Of a DNA stretch of 64,000 nucleotides, positions 1-9,845 are shown one piece after another. A program made the position numbers and the translations under genes. Origin of the DNA: Lachnospiraceae bacterium UBA6987 (GTDB lineage Bacteria; Bacillota; Clostridia; Lachnospirales; Lachnospiraceae); assembly GCA_002449955.1 (NCBI GenBank), contig DJYD01000046.1, positions 1,355 to 65,354 on the forward strand, read 5' to 3'. Below the pieces are notes generated by a model that was not told the origin of the DNA, ran no database searches, and saw nothing but the letters and a program-made list of their open reading frames with translations. Every line of letters starts with the position of its first letter. The stretch's first letter is position 1.

Positions 1-52
1 ATGCTGCCTCCGCAGGCAGGAGGCATAGCTTAGTTCCTAAAAGGAGAAAAAC

Positions 53-1090
53 ATGACAGATCTGCGATCGATGACAACAGAAGAAATTACGGCTGCCCTG
101 AAGGAGATGGGCGAGCCGTCGTTCCGCGGGGCACAGATCTTTGACTGGGTGCAGGCTAAAAAGGTCCGTTCCTTTGATGAAATGAGCAATCTGCCGAAGC
201 GTCTGAGAGAGGCTCTTGGCACTTCTTTTTCGCTTTCATCACTGGAGATCGCACGCCGCTATGTTTCGGAAGAAGACGGCACCCGCAAATACGTTTATGC
301 GCTGCACGACGGACTGCTCATTGAATCGGTCTTCATGCCTTATTCCTACGGCAACACTGCCTGCATTTCCTCCCAGGCCGGCTGCCGCATGGGCTGCCGT
401 TTCTGCGCCTCCACACTGGAGGGCCTGGCCAGGAATCTGCTGCCGGGAGAGATGCTGGAGCAGATCTACCGCATGGAGGAAGACACGGGAGAGACCATTT
501 CTCACGTGGTCATTATGGGGAGCGGCGAACCTCTGGACAATTATGACAATCTCCTGCGCTTCATCCGCCTGATCACGGACGAAAAAGGCAAGAATTTAAG
601 CGAGAGAAACATCACGGTTTCGACCTGCGGTCTGGTGCCGCAGATCAAGAAGCTTGCGCAGGAGCATCTGCAGATCACGCTCGCCTTGTCGCTTCACGCG
701 CCGAATGACGCTCTCCGCCGCACCATGATGCCGATTGCCGAGGCGTACAGCGTCAAGGAAACCGTGGCTGCCTGCGATGCTTATTTCGCGGCAACAGGCC
801 GCCGCATGAGTTACGAATACAGTCTTGTCCATGGAGTCAATGACTCGGACGCCTGTGCCGAGGAGTTAGCCATGCTCCTGCATGGCAAGAATGCGCATGT
901 CAATCTGATCCCTGTCAACCCGATTAAGGAACGGAATTACAAGGCTCCGGGACATGCGGCAGCCCTGCGTTTCCAAAAAAGGCTTGAAAATCTGGGGATA
1001 AATGTTACTATAAGAAAGAAGATGGGCGCGGATATCGACAGTGCCTGCGGCCAGCTTCGTCTGAAGGTTAAGGCCGAACAAGGAGAGTAA
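53..1090 (+). CDS. rlmN: Radical-SAM 23S rRNA/tRNA adenine-C2 methyltransferase RlmN
   Basis: 345-aa ORF. Radical-SAM CxxxCxxC motif in GCRMGCRFCAS. N-terminal FRGAQIFDWV block is typical of RlmN. AAGGAG SD lies upstream of the ATG. It heads the conserved Firmicutes block rlmN-prpC-prkC-rsgA-rpe. Confidence 0.93.
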   Translation: MTDLRSMTTEEITAALKEMGEPSFRGAQIFDWVQAKKVRSFDEMSNLPKRLREALGTSFSLSSLEIARRYVSEEDGTRKYVYALHDGLLIESVFMPYSYGNTACISSQAGCRMGCRFCASTLEGLARNLLPGEMLEQIYRMEEDTGETISHVVIMGSGEPLDNYDNLLRFIRLITDEKGKNLSERNITVSTCGLVPQIKKLAQEHLQITLALSLHAPNDALRRTMMPIAEAYSVKETVAACDAYFAATGRRMSYEYSLVHGVNDSDACAEELAMLLHGKNAHVNLIPVNPIKERNYKAPGHAAALRFQKRLENLGINVTIRKKMGADIDSACGQLRLKVKAEQGE

Positions 1091-1091
1091 C

Positions 1092-1844
1092 ATGCGTTTT
1101 TCCGCACTGACCGACCTCGGTCTCGTTCGAAAGAACAATGAGGATTCCCTGTTTGCCAGGGACTGCGCGGTCGGCCGACTGAACAATTTATTTATCGTCG
1201 CCGATGGAATGGGCGGCCATGTCGGAGGAGAATATGCCTCCGCCTTTGTCGTCTCCAAAATTCCGGAACTGCTGGAAAAAATCGATCAGCCGACAGGGAT
1301 TCCGGAGCAGCTGCTCTATGTTACCGATCGGACCAACAAGGCACTTTACCAGCTGAGCCGCAACGACAAGCGGCTGCAGGGCATGGGATCGACACTGGTC
1401 ATGACCTGCATCGAAGGGGACTGTGCCCATATCATCAATGTGGGCGATTCCCGTCTCTATCTGTTTGACGGTGAGCTGCATCAGCTGACACATGATCATT
1501 CTCTGGTCGATGAGATGGTGGCTAAGGGAAAGCTGACAAAGGACGATCCGTTCTATGCCGCCAATAAAAACGTCATCACCCGGGCCATGGGCATCAGTGC
1601 GAAAGTGGAACCGGACTATTTCCGCGTGCCGCTTCAGGCGGGCTGCAGGCTCCTGCTGTGCTCGGACGGTCTGTCGGGGATGGTGGATGACGAAGCCATG
1701 ACGGCCGTGCTTGCCGGGATCGCAGATACACAGCAGGCGGCAGAAAAGCTGATGCTGTCAGCCAAGGAAAACGGCGGCAAGGACAACATCACCGTGATCC
1801 TGATCGATCTTGAAGAAGAGGATCTGACGGCAAATCTTTTTTAA
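1092..1844 (+). CDS. prpC: PP2C-family Ser/Thr protein phosphatase (Stp/PrpC)
   Basis: 250-aa ORF starting 2 nt after the rlmN stop. PP2C metal-binding motifs (VADGMGGH, LLLCSDGL, GGKDNITVI). Immediately upstream of the PASTA kinase, as in B. subtilis prpC-prkC. Confidence 0.92.
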   Translation: MRFSALTDLGLVRKNNEDSLFARDCAVGRLNNLFIVADGMGGHVGGEYASAFVVSKIPELLEKIDQPTGIPEQLLYVTDRTNKALYQLSRNDKRLQGMGSTLVMTCIEGDCAHIINVGDSRLYLFDGELHQLTHDHSLVDEMVAKGKLTKDDPFYAANKNVITRAMGISAKVEPDYFRVPLQAGCRLLLCSDGLSGMVDDEAMTAVLAGIADTQQAAEKLMLSAKENGGKDNITVILIDLEEEDLTANLF

Positions 1845-1896
1845 AACGACGTATTACCGCGTGCGCGCGGTCTGACATATATCTGAGGGGTATTAC

Positions 1897-4401
1897 ATGC
1901 TAAGGGTAGGAACGATCTTAAACGGTCGCTATGAAATCATCAGCGCTATTGGCTCCGGCGGCATGTCTTTTGTCTACAAGGCAAAGGATATGACGCTGAA
2001 ACGGCTCGTGGCGATAAAGGTACTGAAAGAAGAGTACAGCCGGGATCCGGGGATCGTGGCCAAGTTCTCGCGTGAGGCGGAAGCTGCGGGCGGTTTATCG
2101 CATCCGAATGTCGTCAGCGTATATGATGTCGGCGAGCAGTTCGGCACCTATTACATTGTCATGGAACTGGTGGAGGGCTTTACCCTCAAGAAATATATTG
2201 AAAAAAAGGGACAGATGTCGCAGCATGATGCGGTACAGGTGACCATGCAGGTGGCACGCGGCCTGAATGCGGCGCATGAACAGGGCATCATCCACCGTGA
2301 CGTGAAACCGCAGAATATCATGGTGTCGCGGGACGGCAAGATCAAGGTCACCGATTTCGGGATCGCGCGCATCAATGACAGCCAGACCAGCGGCGCCAAT
2401 ACCATGGGCAGTGTGCACTACATTTCCCCGGAACAGGCAAGAGGCGGTGTCTGCGATGAGCGCAGCGACATTTATTCCCTCGGCATCACCCTGTACGAGA
2501 TGGTGACGGGCCGGGTCCCCTTCGAGGGCGAATCCACGGTCGAGGTGGCGATCAAGCACATCAAGGAGCCGATCACGCCGCCCAGCACGTATGAGCCGGA
2601 CATCAATCCGAACCTTGAAAAAATCATTCTGAAATGCACGCAGAAAAAGCCGGATTACCGTTACCGCAGCATGAGCGCCCTTCTGGACGACCTGAAGAGA
2701 CTGCTGGCTACGCCGTATGAAGATTTTGTGATCATGCCGGCCATGTCTGAGGTCGGTGCGACCAAGATCATGAACAAGGAAGAGGCTGAGGAGATCCGAC
2801 TGGCAACAGCCGGCCGTAAGGAGCGTACGGATGCCAAGGCAGCGGCGGCACTCCTTGCTGCAGAGAAGAGCAGCAAGAAGAATGCAGACCAGGTGAAGCT
2901 CCGCACGGAGCCGATCCGGGAGAAGAAAAAGAATCTCCTTTCCGAGGAAGATATTGCTGCCGAAGAGAAGGCCCAAAAGGTCGAAAAAACATTAAATTAC
3001 ATCATGATCGGCATTGCCATGCTGATCCTGATCGTGCTGATCGCCATTGTTTTCCGGGCCTGCAGTATCTTTAAAAAGCCTGCGCCGACAGCTTCGTCAT
3101 CGTCAACACAGACGACGGAAGCGCAGCCGACATCAACAACGGCAGAGGAAACCACGACAGAGCCGGAGACGACAAAAGCAGAAGAAGTGAAGGTCCCGAA
3201 CCTGATCGGGCAGCAATATATGGCTGCACAGGAATTGCTGCAGAGCCTGCAGCTGACCGCCGCCTTTGAGGCAGAAACCACCGGGGATTATCCGGATTTC
3301 ACCATTATCAGACAATCTCACGAAGAAGGAACGCTGGTCCCGAAGGGCAGCGAGATCACCCTGTGGGTGGCGATCCCTCCGCAGGCAGGTGTCCTGATCC
3401 CGAATTCCATTGCCGGCAAATCCATCGCGGAAGCGACGGATATCCTGGCCAAGGAAGGCCTGCGGGTCTCGGATCAGTACAGCTATGTGCACAGCAAGAT
3501 CGCGAAGGGCCTGGTCTGCGATTCGAATCCGACGATGGGCAAGGTCGTGGAAAAGGGCAGCCAGCTGACACTGCTCATCAGCCTTGGGCCTGAAAACGGC
3601 ACGGTGCCGTCCGTCCTTGGCAGGAACGAGACGGAAGCGAGATCGGCGCTTGCCAATGCCGGCTTTGATTTGAACCGTGTCTTTACGGATTCCAATACGA
3701 TTTATTCGGAAGCTTATGCAGCCGGGACGGTAGCCCGGATCTATACCTTCGACGGTGACCTGAGCGAAGGCAGTACCTTAAGCTTCTCGACTGATATTTA
3801 CCTGACGCTCAGCCACGGGGCAACCTTTAACGTGGATCCGTCCTCTTTCCTGGGCCGTACGGACATCGACGCTGCCGTCAATGAACTGCAGACGCTCGGC
3901 CTCAAGGTGACGACGGTCGCTGAACCGCAGTCGACATACCCGAACGGACAGATCTGCTGGCTGACCGTGAATCCGGATTCGGAAGGCGTGACGGCCGCGC
4001 ATGTGTTTAATAAAGGCGATACGATCTACCTGCATTACAGCACATACGAGGAACCGACCACGGAACCGGAGACAACAACGACCGAGGAAGCAACGGAAGC
4101 GCCGACAGAACCGGTAACCGAGCCGGTGACGGAAGAGGAGACAAGCACAGAGGAAGAACAGGGCGAGACGATACGCATCGATCCCAATGTCTACTATGGA
4201 CGGACAGATGTGGACGCGGTCACAGCAGAGCTGCAGGCTCTCAGCTTTATCGTGGAAGTCAAGTCGGAACCGCTTTCCTCGTATCCGAAGGATCAGATCT
4301 GCTGGCTGTCAACCTCGGAAAATGACGGTGATATCACCGCTGACGTCGCGCTGCCCGTCGGATCGACCATCTGGGTCCATGTCAGTGCAAAAGAAGAGTA
4401 A
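1897..4401 (+). CDS. prkC: Hanks-type Ser/Thr kinase with transmembrane segment and extracellular PASTA repeats (PrkC/PknB)
   Basis: 834 aa. Kinase motifs GSGGMSFVYKA, HRDVKPQN, DFGIAR and SPEQ. One TM helix (IMIGIAMLILIVLIAIVF). Three PASTA-like units (VPNLIGQ.., IPNSIAGK.., VPSVLGRN..) plus two further C-terminal repeats. Confidence 0.95.
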   Translation: MLRVGTILNGRYEIISAIGSGGMSFVYKAKDMTLKRLVAIKVLKEEYSRDPGIVAKFSREAEAAGGLSHPNVVSVYDVGEQFGTYYIVMELVEGFTLKKYIEKKGQMSQHDAVQVTMQVARGLNAAHEQGIIHRDVKPQNIMVSRDGKIKVTDFGIARINDSQTSGANTMGSVHYISPEQARGGVCDERSDIYSLGITLYEMVTGRVPFEGESTVEVAIKHIKEPITPPSTYEPDINPNLEKIILKCTQKKPDYRYRSMSALLDDLKRLLATPYEDFVIMPAMSEVGATKIMNKEEAEEIRLATAGRKERTDAKAAAALLAAEKSSKKNADQVKLRTEPIREKKKNLLSEEDIAAEEKAQKVEKTLNYIMIGIAMLILIVLIAIVFRACSIFKKPAPTASSSSTQTTEAQPTSTTAEETTTEPETTKAEEVKVPNLIGQQYMAAQELLQSLQLTAAFEAETTGDYPDFTIIRQSHEEGTLVPKGSEITLWVAIPPQAGVLIPNSIAGKSIAEATDILAKEGLRVSDQYSYVHSKIAKGLVCDSNPTMGKVVEKGSQLTLLISLGPENGTVPSVLGRNETEARSALANAGFDLNRVFTDSNTIYSEAYAAGTVARIYTFDGDLSEGSTLSFSTDIYLTLSHGATFNVDPSSFLGRTDIDAAVNELQTLGLKVTTVAEPQSTYPNGQICWLTVNPDSEGVTAAHVFNKGDTIYLHYSTYEEPTTEPETTTTEEATEAPTEPVTEPVTEEETSTEEEQGETIRIDPNVYYGRTDVDAVTAELQALSFIVEVKSEPLSSYPKDQICWLSTSENDGDITADVALPVGSTIWVHVSAKEE

Positions 4402-4406
4402 AACAA

Positions 4407-4436
4407 GCGGGAGGGCCATAGTGCCCTCCGCGCTTT
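4407..4436 (+). terminator. Possible intrinsic terminator after prkC
   Basis: GC-rich hairpin GCGGGAGGGC / GCCCTCCGC (one bulge) 6 nt after the prkC stop, followed by only a short TTT run. Confidence 0.4.
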
Positions 4437-4460
4437 ATCCGGAAAAATCAGGAAGGACAT

Positions 4461-5336
4461 ATGCAGGGGAAAATCATTAAAGGAATAGGCGGTTTTTATA
4501 CCGTGCATGACGGCGCACAGACGGTGCTGACCTGCCGGGCGAAGGGCATTTTCAGAAACAGGGGCGAGAAGCCTCTGGTCGGCGACAACTGCGAGTTTTC
4601 CCGTATCGAAGAGGAAGAGGGAACAGGCAGGATCGACAAGCTGCTGCCCCGGAAAAATGAATTGATCCGTCCGGCTGTTGCCAACATGGATCAGGCCCTG
4701 ATCCTGGTGAGCGCGGGAAAGCCGGCTTTTCATCCTCTGCTGCTTGATAATTTTCTTCTCTGGATGGGGATGCAGGGCGTCCCTACCCTGATCGGTATCG
4801 GGAAATGTGACCAGGACCCGGATGAGGCTGCGCGGATCGCGGCACAATATGCGGGGACCGGATATCCGGTGCTGATTTTCAGCGCGTTAACGGGAGAAGG
4901 GGTGCCTGAACTTCGGACGGCACTTGCCGGCAGGACGACGGTGCTTGCCGGGGCCAGCGGAGTGGGCAAATCCACACTGTTAAATGCACTGATCCCCGAA
5001 GCCGGTATGGAGACCGGTGAGCTTTCCGCCCGTCTTGGACGGGGACGGCACACCACCCGTCATTCCGAAATATTTTTCCTGGAAAAAGACAGCTTTGTCC
5101 TGGATACCCCGGGCTTTACCTCTTTGGATACCCCGGAACTGGAAATCTCTGAGATCGGCGGCTTCTATCCTGAATTCACCGAAGCGTCTAGGCACTGCCG
5201 TTTCCCGGACTGTCTGCATGACCGGGAGCCGGACTGCGGCGTAAAGGCGGCCGTTCGTGCCGGTGCGATCGCACGAAGCCGCTACGAGAGCTATCGCCGC
5301 AATCTGGAAGATGTTCGCGCGCGCAGACCGTATTAA
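4461..5336 (+). CDS. rsgA: Ribosome small-subunit-dependent GTPase A (RsgA/CpgA)
   Basis: 291 aa. N-terminal GKIIKGIGGFYTV OB-fold start, circularly permuted GTPase with P-loop GASGVGKSTLLNAL, and C-terminal zinc knuckle CRFPDCLHDREPDC. Confidence 0.94.
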   Translation: MQGKIIKGIGGFYTVHDGAQTVLTCRAKGIFRNRGEKPLVGDNCEFSRIEEEEGTGRIDKLLPRKNELIRPAVANMDQALILVSAGKPAFHPLLLDNFLLWMGMQGVPTLIGIGKCDQDPDEAARIAAQYAGTGYPVLIFSALTGEGVPELRTALAGRTTVLAGASGVGKSTLLNALIPEAGMETGELSARLGRGRHTTRHSEIFFLEKDSFVLDTPGFTSLDTPELEISEIGGFYPEFTEASRHCRFPDCLHDREPDCGVKAAVRAGAIARSRYESYRRNLEDVRARRPY

Positions 5337-5360
5337 TACTCTGTCAAGAAAGGAACCCTT

Positions 5361-6020
5361 ATGAAAAACATCCTTGCTCCTTCGATCCTCTCTGCTGACT
5401 TCGGTCATCTGGCCGATGCTGTCTCTGCGATTACGCAGGCCGGTGCGGAATTTGTTCATATCGATGTTATGGACGGGGCTTTTGTCCCCTCGATTTCCTT
5501 TGGCATGCCTGTCATGCGCTCGATCCGCCCGGTTACCGACGCGGTCTTTGATGTGCATCTGATGATCGAGGATCCGGACCGTTATCTGGAGGATTTTGCT
5601 GCTGCCGGTGCCGACATGATCACCGTGCATGCGGAAGCCTGCAGACATCTTGACCGGAGCATACAGAAGATCCACGACCTGGGGAAAAAGGCCAGCGTTG
5701 CCCTGAACCCGGCAACCCCGCTTAGCGCCGTGGAATGGGTCTTGCCGCAGATCGATATGCTGCTTGTGATGAGCGTCAATCCCGGCTTCGGGGGGCAGTC
5801 CTTTATTCCTTATTCTCTGGAAAAACTGCGCCGCGCCAGACAGATGATCGAGGCTTCGGGAAAGAGCATCGATCTGGAAGTGGATGGCGGCGTCAAATTA
5901 AGCAATGCAAAAGAAATTTTGGAAGCCGGGGCCAATGTGCTGGTAGCGGGCTCGGCAGTCTTCCGCGGGGATGCGGCAGAAAATACTGCGGCCTTCCTGA
6001 AACTGATGGGAGAGGTATAA
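5361..6020 (+). CDS. rpe: Ribulose-phosphate 3-epimerase
   Basis: 219 aa. [29 protein letters not shown] and VDGG blocks are characteristic of Rpe. Position after rsgA is conserved. Confidence 0.95.
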   Translation: MKNILAPSILSADFGHLADAVSAITQAGAEFVHIDVMDGAFVPSISFGMPVMRSIRPVTDAVFDVHLMIEDPDRYLEDFAAAGADMITVHAEACRHLDRSIQKIHDLGKKASVALNPATPLSAVEWVLPQIDMLLVMSVNPGFGGQSFIPYSLEKLRRARQMIEASGKSIDLEVDGGVKLSNAKEILEAGANVLVAGSAVFRGDAAENTAAFLKLMGEV

Positions 6021-6991
6021 TGAAGCATTTGCGAAAAGCTGCCTGCCTGGCCCTTTCGCTGGTCCTGCTTCTTTGCAGCTGCGGCGGAACCAAAATGGGA
6101 GGGGACACGCTGCTTCAGATCGGAGAAGAGCGCTTCACCCGTCAGGAGGCAGCCGTATTTCTCCTGTCGCAGCACAGCATTTACGCGTGCGAATACGGAG
6201 AAGATATCTGGAAGGTACAGCTGTCGGACGGCAGCTTTGAGTCATATGTCAGAAAGGCGATGCTGGATTATCTGGAACGGCTGTTCCTCGTGGACTGCGC
6301 GGCCAGGGAAGAAGGCATCTCACTGAGCACCGCGGAGAAGGCGGCCGTGGAAAAAGCGGCTGACGCATTTTTCCGCGATCTGAATGAAGAAACGATAACA
6401 AAAACCGGCCTGACGCGGGAAATCTGCGAGCAGGCTTACACGCGCTTTGCGAGGGCGCAGATTTTCTACCGGCAGGTGCTCGGACGCGGCATGGACGAGA
6501 TCAGCGATGAGGAGGCAAGGGCCGTTAAGATCCTGATCGTTTCCGTGGCGAAGGATCTGGGGATCGAAACGGCACAGGCCCTGCTTGCCAAAATCAAAGC
6601 CGGAACCTCTGCCATAGAGGCAACCAAGAACAAAGAAGGCATGACGATCCGTCAGGAAACGATCGTGCGGGGAACATATTCGGACAGCTTCGATACCCTG
6701 GTCTTTGCTCTCAAAAAAGATCAGTGGAGCCCGGTCATTACACTGCAGAATGACTACGTGTTGGTGCAGTGCCTGTCTGTCTATGAAGAAGAGGCGACAG
6801 CTGTGAACAAGGCTGTCATGGAGAAGGAAAACCGGGAGCGGCAGCTCGAAGAGGCCATGACGGCCTACGGAAGCAAGATCACGCTGGTGATGAATCCTGC
6901 GGCATGGGAGGATGTATCCATGAGCAGTTTGCAGGGACTTTCTCCGGCCAATTTCTATGACTACACTGCCGGGCTCGTGGTGAATTACTGA
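6020..6991 (+). CDS. Lipoprotein, possible SurA-N/PpiC-like extracytoplasmic chaperone
   Basis: The track ORF 5735..6991 runs through rpe in another frame. The in-frame ATG at 6020 (TAATG overlap with the rpe stop) gives [23 protein letters not shown], a signal peptide plus lipobox. The function call rests only on general resemblance. Confidence 0.6.
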   Translation: MKHLRKAACLALSLVLLLCSCGGTKMGGDTLLQIGEERFTRQEAAVFLLSQHSIYACEYGEDIWKVQLSDGSFESYVRKAMLDYLERLFLVDCAAREEGISLSTAEKAAVEKAADAFFRDLNEETITKTGLTREICEQAYTRFARAQIFYRQVLGRGMDEISDEEARAVKILIVSVAKDLGIETAQALLAKIKAGTSAIEATKNKEGMTIRQETIVRGTYSDSFDTLVFALKKDQWSPVITLQNDYVLVQCLSVYEEEATAVNKAVMEKENRERQLEEAMTAYGSKITLVMNPAAWEDVSMSSLQGLSPANFYDYTAGLVVNY

Positions 6992-7009
6992 GCCGCAAAG
7001 GGGGAAGAC

Positions 7010-7705
7010 ATGGCTGCCATACAGGGTGAATGGCTGAAGGCGCTGGCACCGGAGTTCAGAAAGCCTTATTACCGCAAACTTTATGAGACCGTGAAAAAGG
7101 AGTATGCCACCCGCATCATCTATCCGCCGTCTGAGGACCTGTTTTCTGCCTATGAGGCGACGCCGCTTGAACAGGTCAAGGTCGTGATCCTCGGACAGGA
7201 TCCCTATCATGAACCGGGGCAGGCACATGGCATGTGCTTTTCGGTGCGGCCCGGCGTGGAGATCCCGCCGTCGCTGCAGAACATCTATCAGGAGCTGCAT
7301 GAGGACCTTGGCTGCGACATGCCGGACAATGGCTACCTCATGAAGTGGGCACGGCAGGGTGTTTTCCTGCTCAATACGGTGCTCACGGTGCGCGCCCACG
7401 CGGCTAATTCTCACCGGGGAATCGGCTGGGAGGAATTCACCGATGCATCGATCCGGGCGCTGAACGAGCAGGACCGGCCTATCGTCTATCTGCTGTGGGG
7501 GCGGCCCGCGCAGCAAAAAATGACCCTGCTTAACAATCCGAAACAACTGGTGCTGACTGCACCGCACCCGAGCCCGCTGTCCGCTTACAGGGGATTCTTT
7601 GGCTGCAGACATTTCAGCAAGGCCAATGCTTTCCTGGAGGCGCAGGGAATTACGCCTATTGACTGGCAGATCGATGACGTCGGATACGGACAGGGGCATA
7701 TCTGA
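7010..7705 (+). CDS. ung: Uracil-DNA glycosylase (family 1)
   Basis: 231 aa. Catalytic GQDPYH water-activating loop and HPSPLSA intercalation loop. Confidence 0.95.
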   Translation: MAAIQGEWLKALAPEFRKPYYRKLYETVKKEYATRIIYPPSEDLFSAYEATPLEQVKVVILGQDPYHEPGQAHGMCFSVRPGVEIPPSLQNIYQELHEDLGCDMPDNGYLMKWARQGVFLLNTVLTVRAHAANSHRGIGWEEFTDASIRALNEQDRPIVYLLWGRPAQQKMTLLNNPKQLVLTAPHPSPLSAYRGFFGCRHFSKANAFLEAQGITPIDWQIDDVGYGQGHI

Positions 7706-7752
7706 AACGCAGCATATATAAACGGACGACAATTGAATAAGGAGGTCTGCAA

Positions 7753-9780
7753 ATGAAAGCGAGATCCATGAAGGCGTGGGCTGGTCTTGCCGTCTGTGTG
7801 GCGGCAGTCTTTTTGTGCATGTTCTTAGCCAACCGCATTCAGACGGATGGTGGGAATATCAAGATAACGGAAGGGAAGATCGTGCTGGATGAAGGGAATA
7901 TCCGCTATAAGCTCTATACCCCGCTTACAGCCACGGAAACAAAAAAGGCTCCGGGCGTTCTGCTTCTGCACGGATATCAGAATGACCACGAAACCTGCGC
8001 CGCTTATGCGATCGAGTTAGCAAGGCGCGGGGCCGTAGTCATGGCGATCGACGAATACGGACACGGCGCGACGGAGCCGGGCATGCGCCTGCGCGGCTGG
8101 ACCAATCATACGGTCAAGGTGAATTACGGCCTGGACAGCGAGGAGGCGGGAACCTTCAAAGTCATCGGCGGGCCGAATCGCTACAAGCTGCTGACAAATT
8201 TCTCCAATCTGACCTTCTTCAACGATCACTATGCAAAGGGGACAGATGGCAGCGCCATAGAAGACAGTTCGATGGGCGGCGTGGCTGCCTATGCGGTTCT
8301 GGCAACCATGGACAATGTGGACCCTGAGAGACTGGCGGTAAGCGGCCATTCCATGGGGACCTGGGCGTCCTGGACCGTATCGGCTGTCTATGCCGGCGTG
8401 AAAACGGAAAACGGCCTGGATATCACCCCGAAAGCGACCGTACTGCAGTGCGGCGAATTGTTTACGGATGATATTTATGATAAGTCTCCCATCTTCGGGA
8501 ATCCGATCTATTTTAATAATGTCCTGCTGCTGCAGGCAAAATGGGATGAGTTCAACTATTTCCGCGACTATGAAAATACGGTGAGCGATGAGCTGCTTGC
8601 CTCTCCGCTGCGCCTCTCCTTCCTCGGAACAACCGGCAGGGCGGAATGGAACAAAACGTATGGAAGTTTTGAGGACGGCACGGCAAGACGCATGGAACTG
8701 CTCTATACGAACCACCGGCTGACGACCCACCACGCAGGCGGCCTCGCCGTGGCGCTGGACTGGTTTGACAACGCCCTTGACCTTCCCGATGATCTTCCGG
8801 CAGCGGATCAGACCGCGATGACAAAAGAGTGGCTGGTGCTTGCCGCGACGCTATTGGCAATTTTTTCCATGATGCCGCTTGCAGAGCTGCTGCTGGGCGT
8901 GCCCTTCTTTGCTGAGATCGCAGGACCGCTTCCGCCGGCTTCGGGCATCAAGCCGAAAAAGGCCTGGATCCGGGCTGCGGCCACGACCATTCTTATCGCA
9001 GCGTTCACCTATCCCTTTATGACGCAGTTAGGGCAGGGGCTTTTGCCGCTTCCGGAAATGACGCTTTTCCGCATGACCATAGGGAACGGTTTTGTCAGCT
9101 GGTACAGTCTGTTAATCATCATTATGATCCTCTTTACGGTCTTCGGGCGCAGGAAAGCCCGGAAGGCAGGCTTGCCGCAGACCTGGCAGGAGGCCGGATT
9201 TGCCGGCGCTAAGCAGCCCGAACGCTTCTCCTGGAAGCTGCTCGGAAAAGGCACCTTGCTTGCCCTGTGTATGACCGGCTTTATGTATTTGCAGGTGGTG
9301 CTGTGCGAGATACTGTTCAAGCTGGATCTGCGCTTTATCTGGCCTTTCTTCAAGAGCTTCAGCCTTGTCAGGTTCGGACAGTTCTGCGTGTACTTCCTCT
9401 TCTTTGAGGCCTTCTATGTGCTGAACAACAGCAAGATCTTCGCCGGGCTGCGAACGAAGGGCAGCTACACGCCCGGCTTTAAGGGCTTTATGAGCTGCTG
9501 GCTGCGCTACGCGCTTGTCATGGTGGGTGGAACGCTTCTTGTGATCCTGATCGAATATATCCCCTTCTTTGCAGGGATCGGCCCCGGCGCGGACCTGCTG
9601 TTCAGCCCGACTTTCGGCGGTCCGTTCATGAGCCTGCTGATCGTCTTTGCCCCGCAGGTGCTTGTTTTCAGTCTCATCGGAACGCATCTCTACCGGAGGA
9701 CCGGAAACGTCTTCACCGGCGCGACGGTGATCGCGGCGCTCGCCTGCTGGATCGTGACCGGCGGCTCGGCGATGCTGTAA
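7753..9780 (+). CDS. Membrane protein: N-terminal alpha/beta-hydrolase-like domain fused to a polytopic C-terminal membrane domain
   Basis: 675 aa. N-terminal signal/anchor helix, HGYQNDHE and nucleophile-elbow GHSMG motifs, then at least 7 hydrophobic helices from about aa 350 onward. AAGGAGG SD upstream. Confidence 0.7.
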   Translation: MKARSMKAWAGLAVCVAAVFLCMFLANRIQTDGGNIKITEGKIVLDEGNIRYKLYTPLTATETKKAPGVLLLHGYQNDHETCAAYAIELARRGAVVMAIDEYGHGATEPGMRLRGWTNHTVKVNYGLDSEEAGTFKVIGGPNRYKLLTNFSNLTFFNDHYAKGTDGSAIEDSSMGGVAAYAVLATMDNVDPERLAVSGHSMGTWASWTVSAVYAGVKTENGLDITPKATVLQCGELFTDDIYDKSPIFGNPIYFNNVLLLQAKWDEFNYFRDYENTVSDELLASPLRLSFLGTTGRAEWNKTYGSFEDGTARRMELLYTNHRLTTHHAGGLAVALDWFDNALDLPDDLPAADQTAMTKEWLVLAATLLAIFSMMPLAELLLGVPFFAEIAGPLPPASGIKPKKAWIRAAATTILIAAFTYPFMTQLGQGLLPLPEMTLFRMTIGNGFVSWYSLLIIIMILFTVFGRRKARKAGLPQTWQEAGFAGAKQPERFSWKLLGKGTLLALCMTGFMYLQVVLCEILFKLDLRFIWPFFKSFSLVRFGQFCVYFLFFEAFYVLNNSKIFAGLRTKGSYTPGFKGFMSCWLRYALVMVGGTLLVILIEYIPFFAGIGPGADLLFSPTFGGPFMSLLIVFAPQVLVFSLIGTHLYRRTGNVFTGATVIAALACWIVTGGSAML

Positions 9781-9798
9781 GGCGGGAAAATGACACGA

Positions 9799-9834
9799 AA
9801 AAGAGACGGTCTGCGGACCGTCTCTTTCCTTTTG
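9799..9834. terminator. Bidirectional intrinsic terminator between convergent genes
   Basis: Perfect hairpin AAAGAGACGGTC-tgcg-GACCGTCTCTTT flanked by an A-run and a T-run, between the stops at 9780 (+) and 9846 (-). Confidence 0.75.
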
Positions 9835-9845
9835 CAGCAGGCGCC

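Noticed and set aside
5-25. Hairpin TGCCTCC-gcaggca-GGAGGCA at the left window edge, considered as the terminator of an upstream gene.
   Set aside because: The upstream context is cut off by the window and no T-run follows, so it cannot be evaluated.
5735-6019. 5' extensions of track ORFs (5735..6019, 22064..22144, 42144..42203, 48408..48443, 55576..55677, 51563..51607, 58685..58693, 59450..59491).
   Set aside because: The extensions overlap the preceding gene or lack an SD. Internal ATGs with good SDs give signal peptides, lipoboxes or family-typical N-termini.
6320-7732. Long antisense ORFs opposite well-supported genes. Examples: 6320..7732(-) 470 aa, 11220..12842(+) 540 aa, 15297..16475(+), 16472..17746(+) 424 aa, 18357..19418(+), 31289..32167(-), 4980..5675(-), 2095..2976(-), 45768..47504(-) 578 aa.
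   Set aside because: Each lies fully inside or opposite a gene with clear family motifs. Their translations are Arg/Gly/His/Asp-rich low-complexity strings with no motifs, SD or sensible starts. Stop-poor antisense frames are expected in DNA of about 57% GC.
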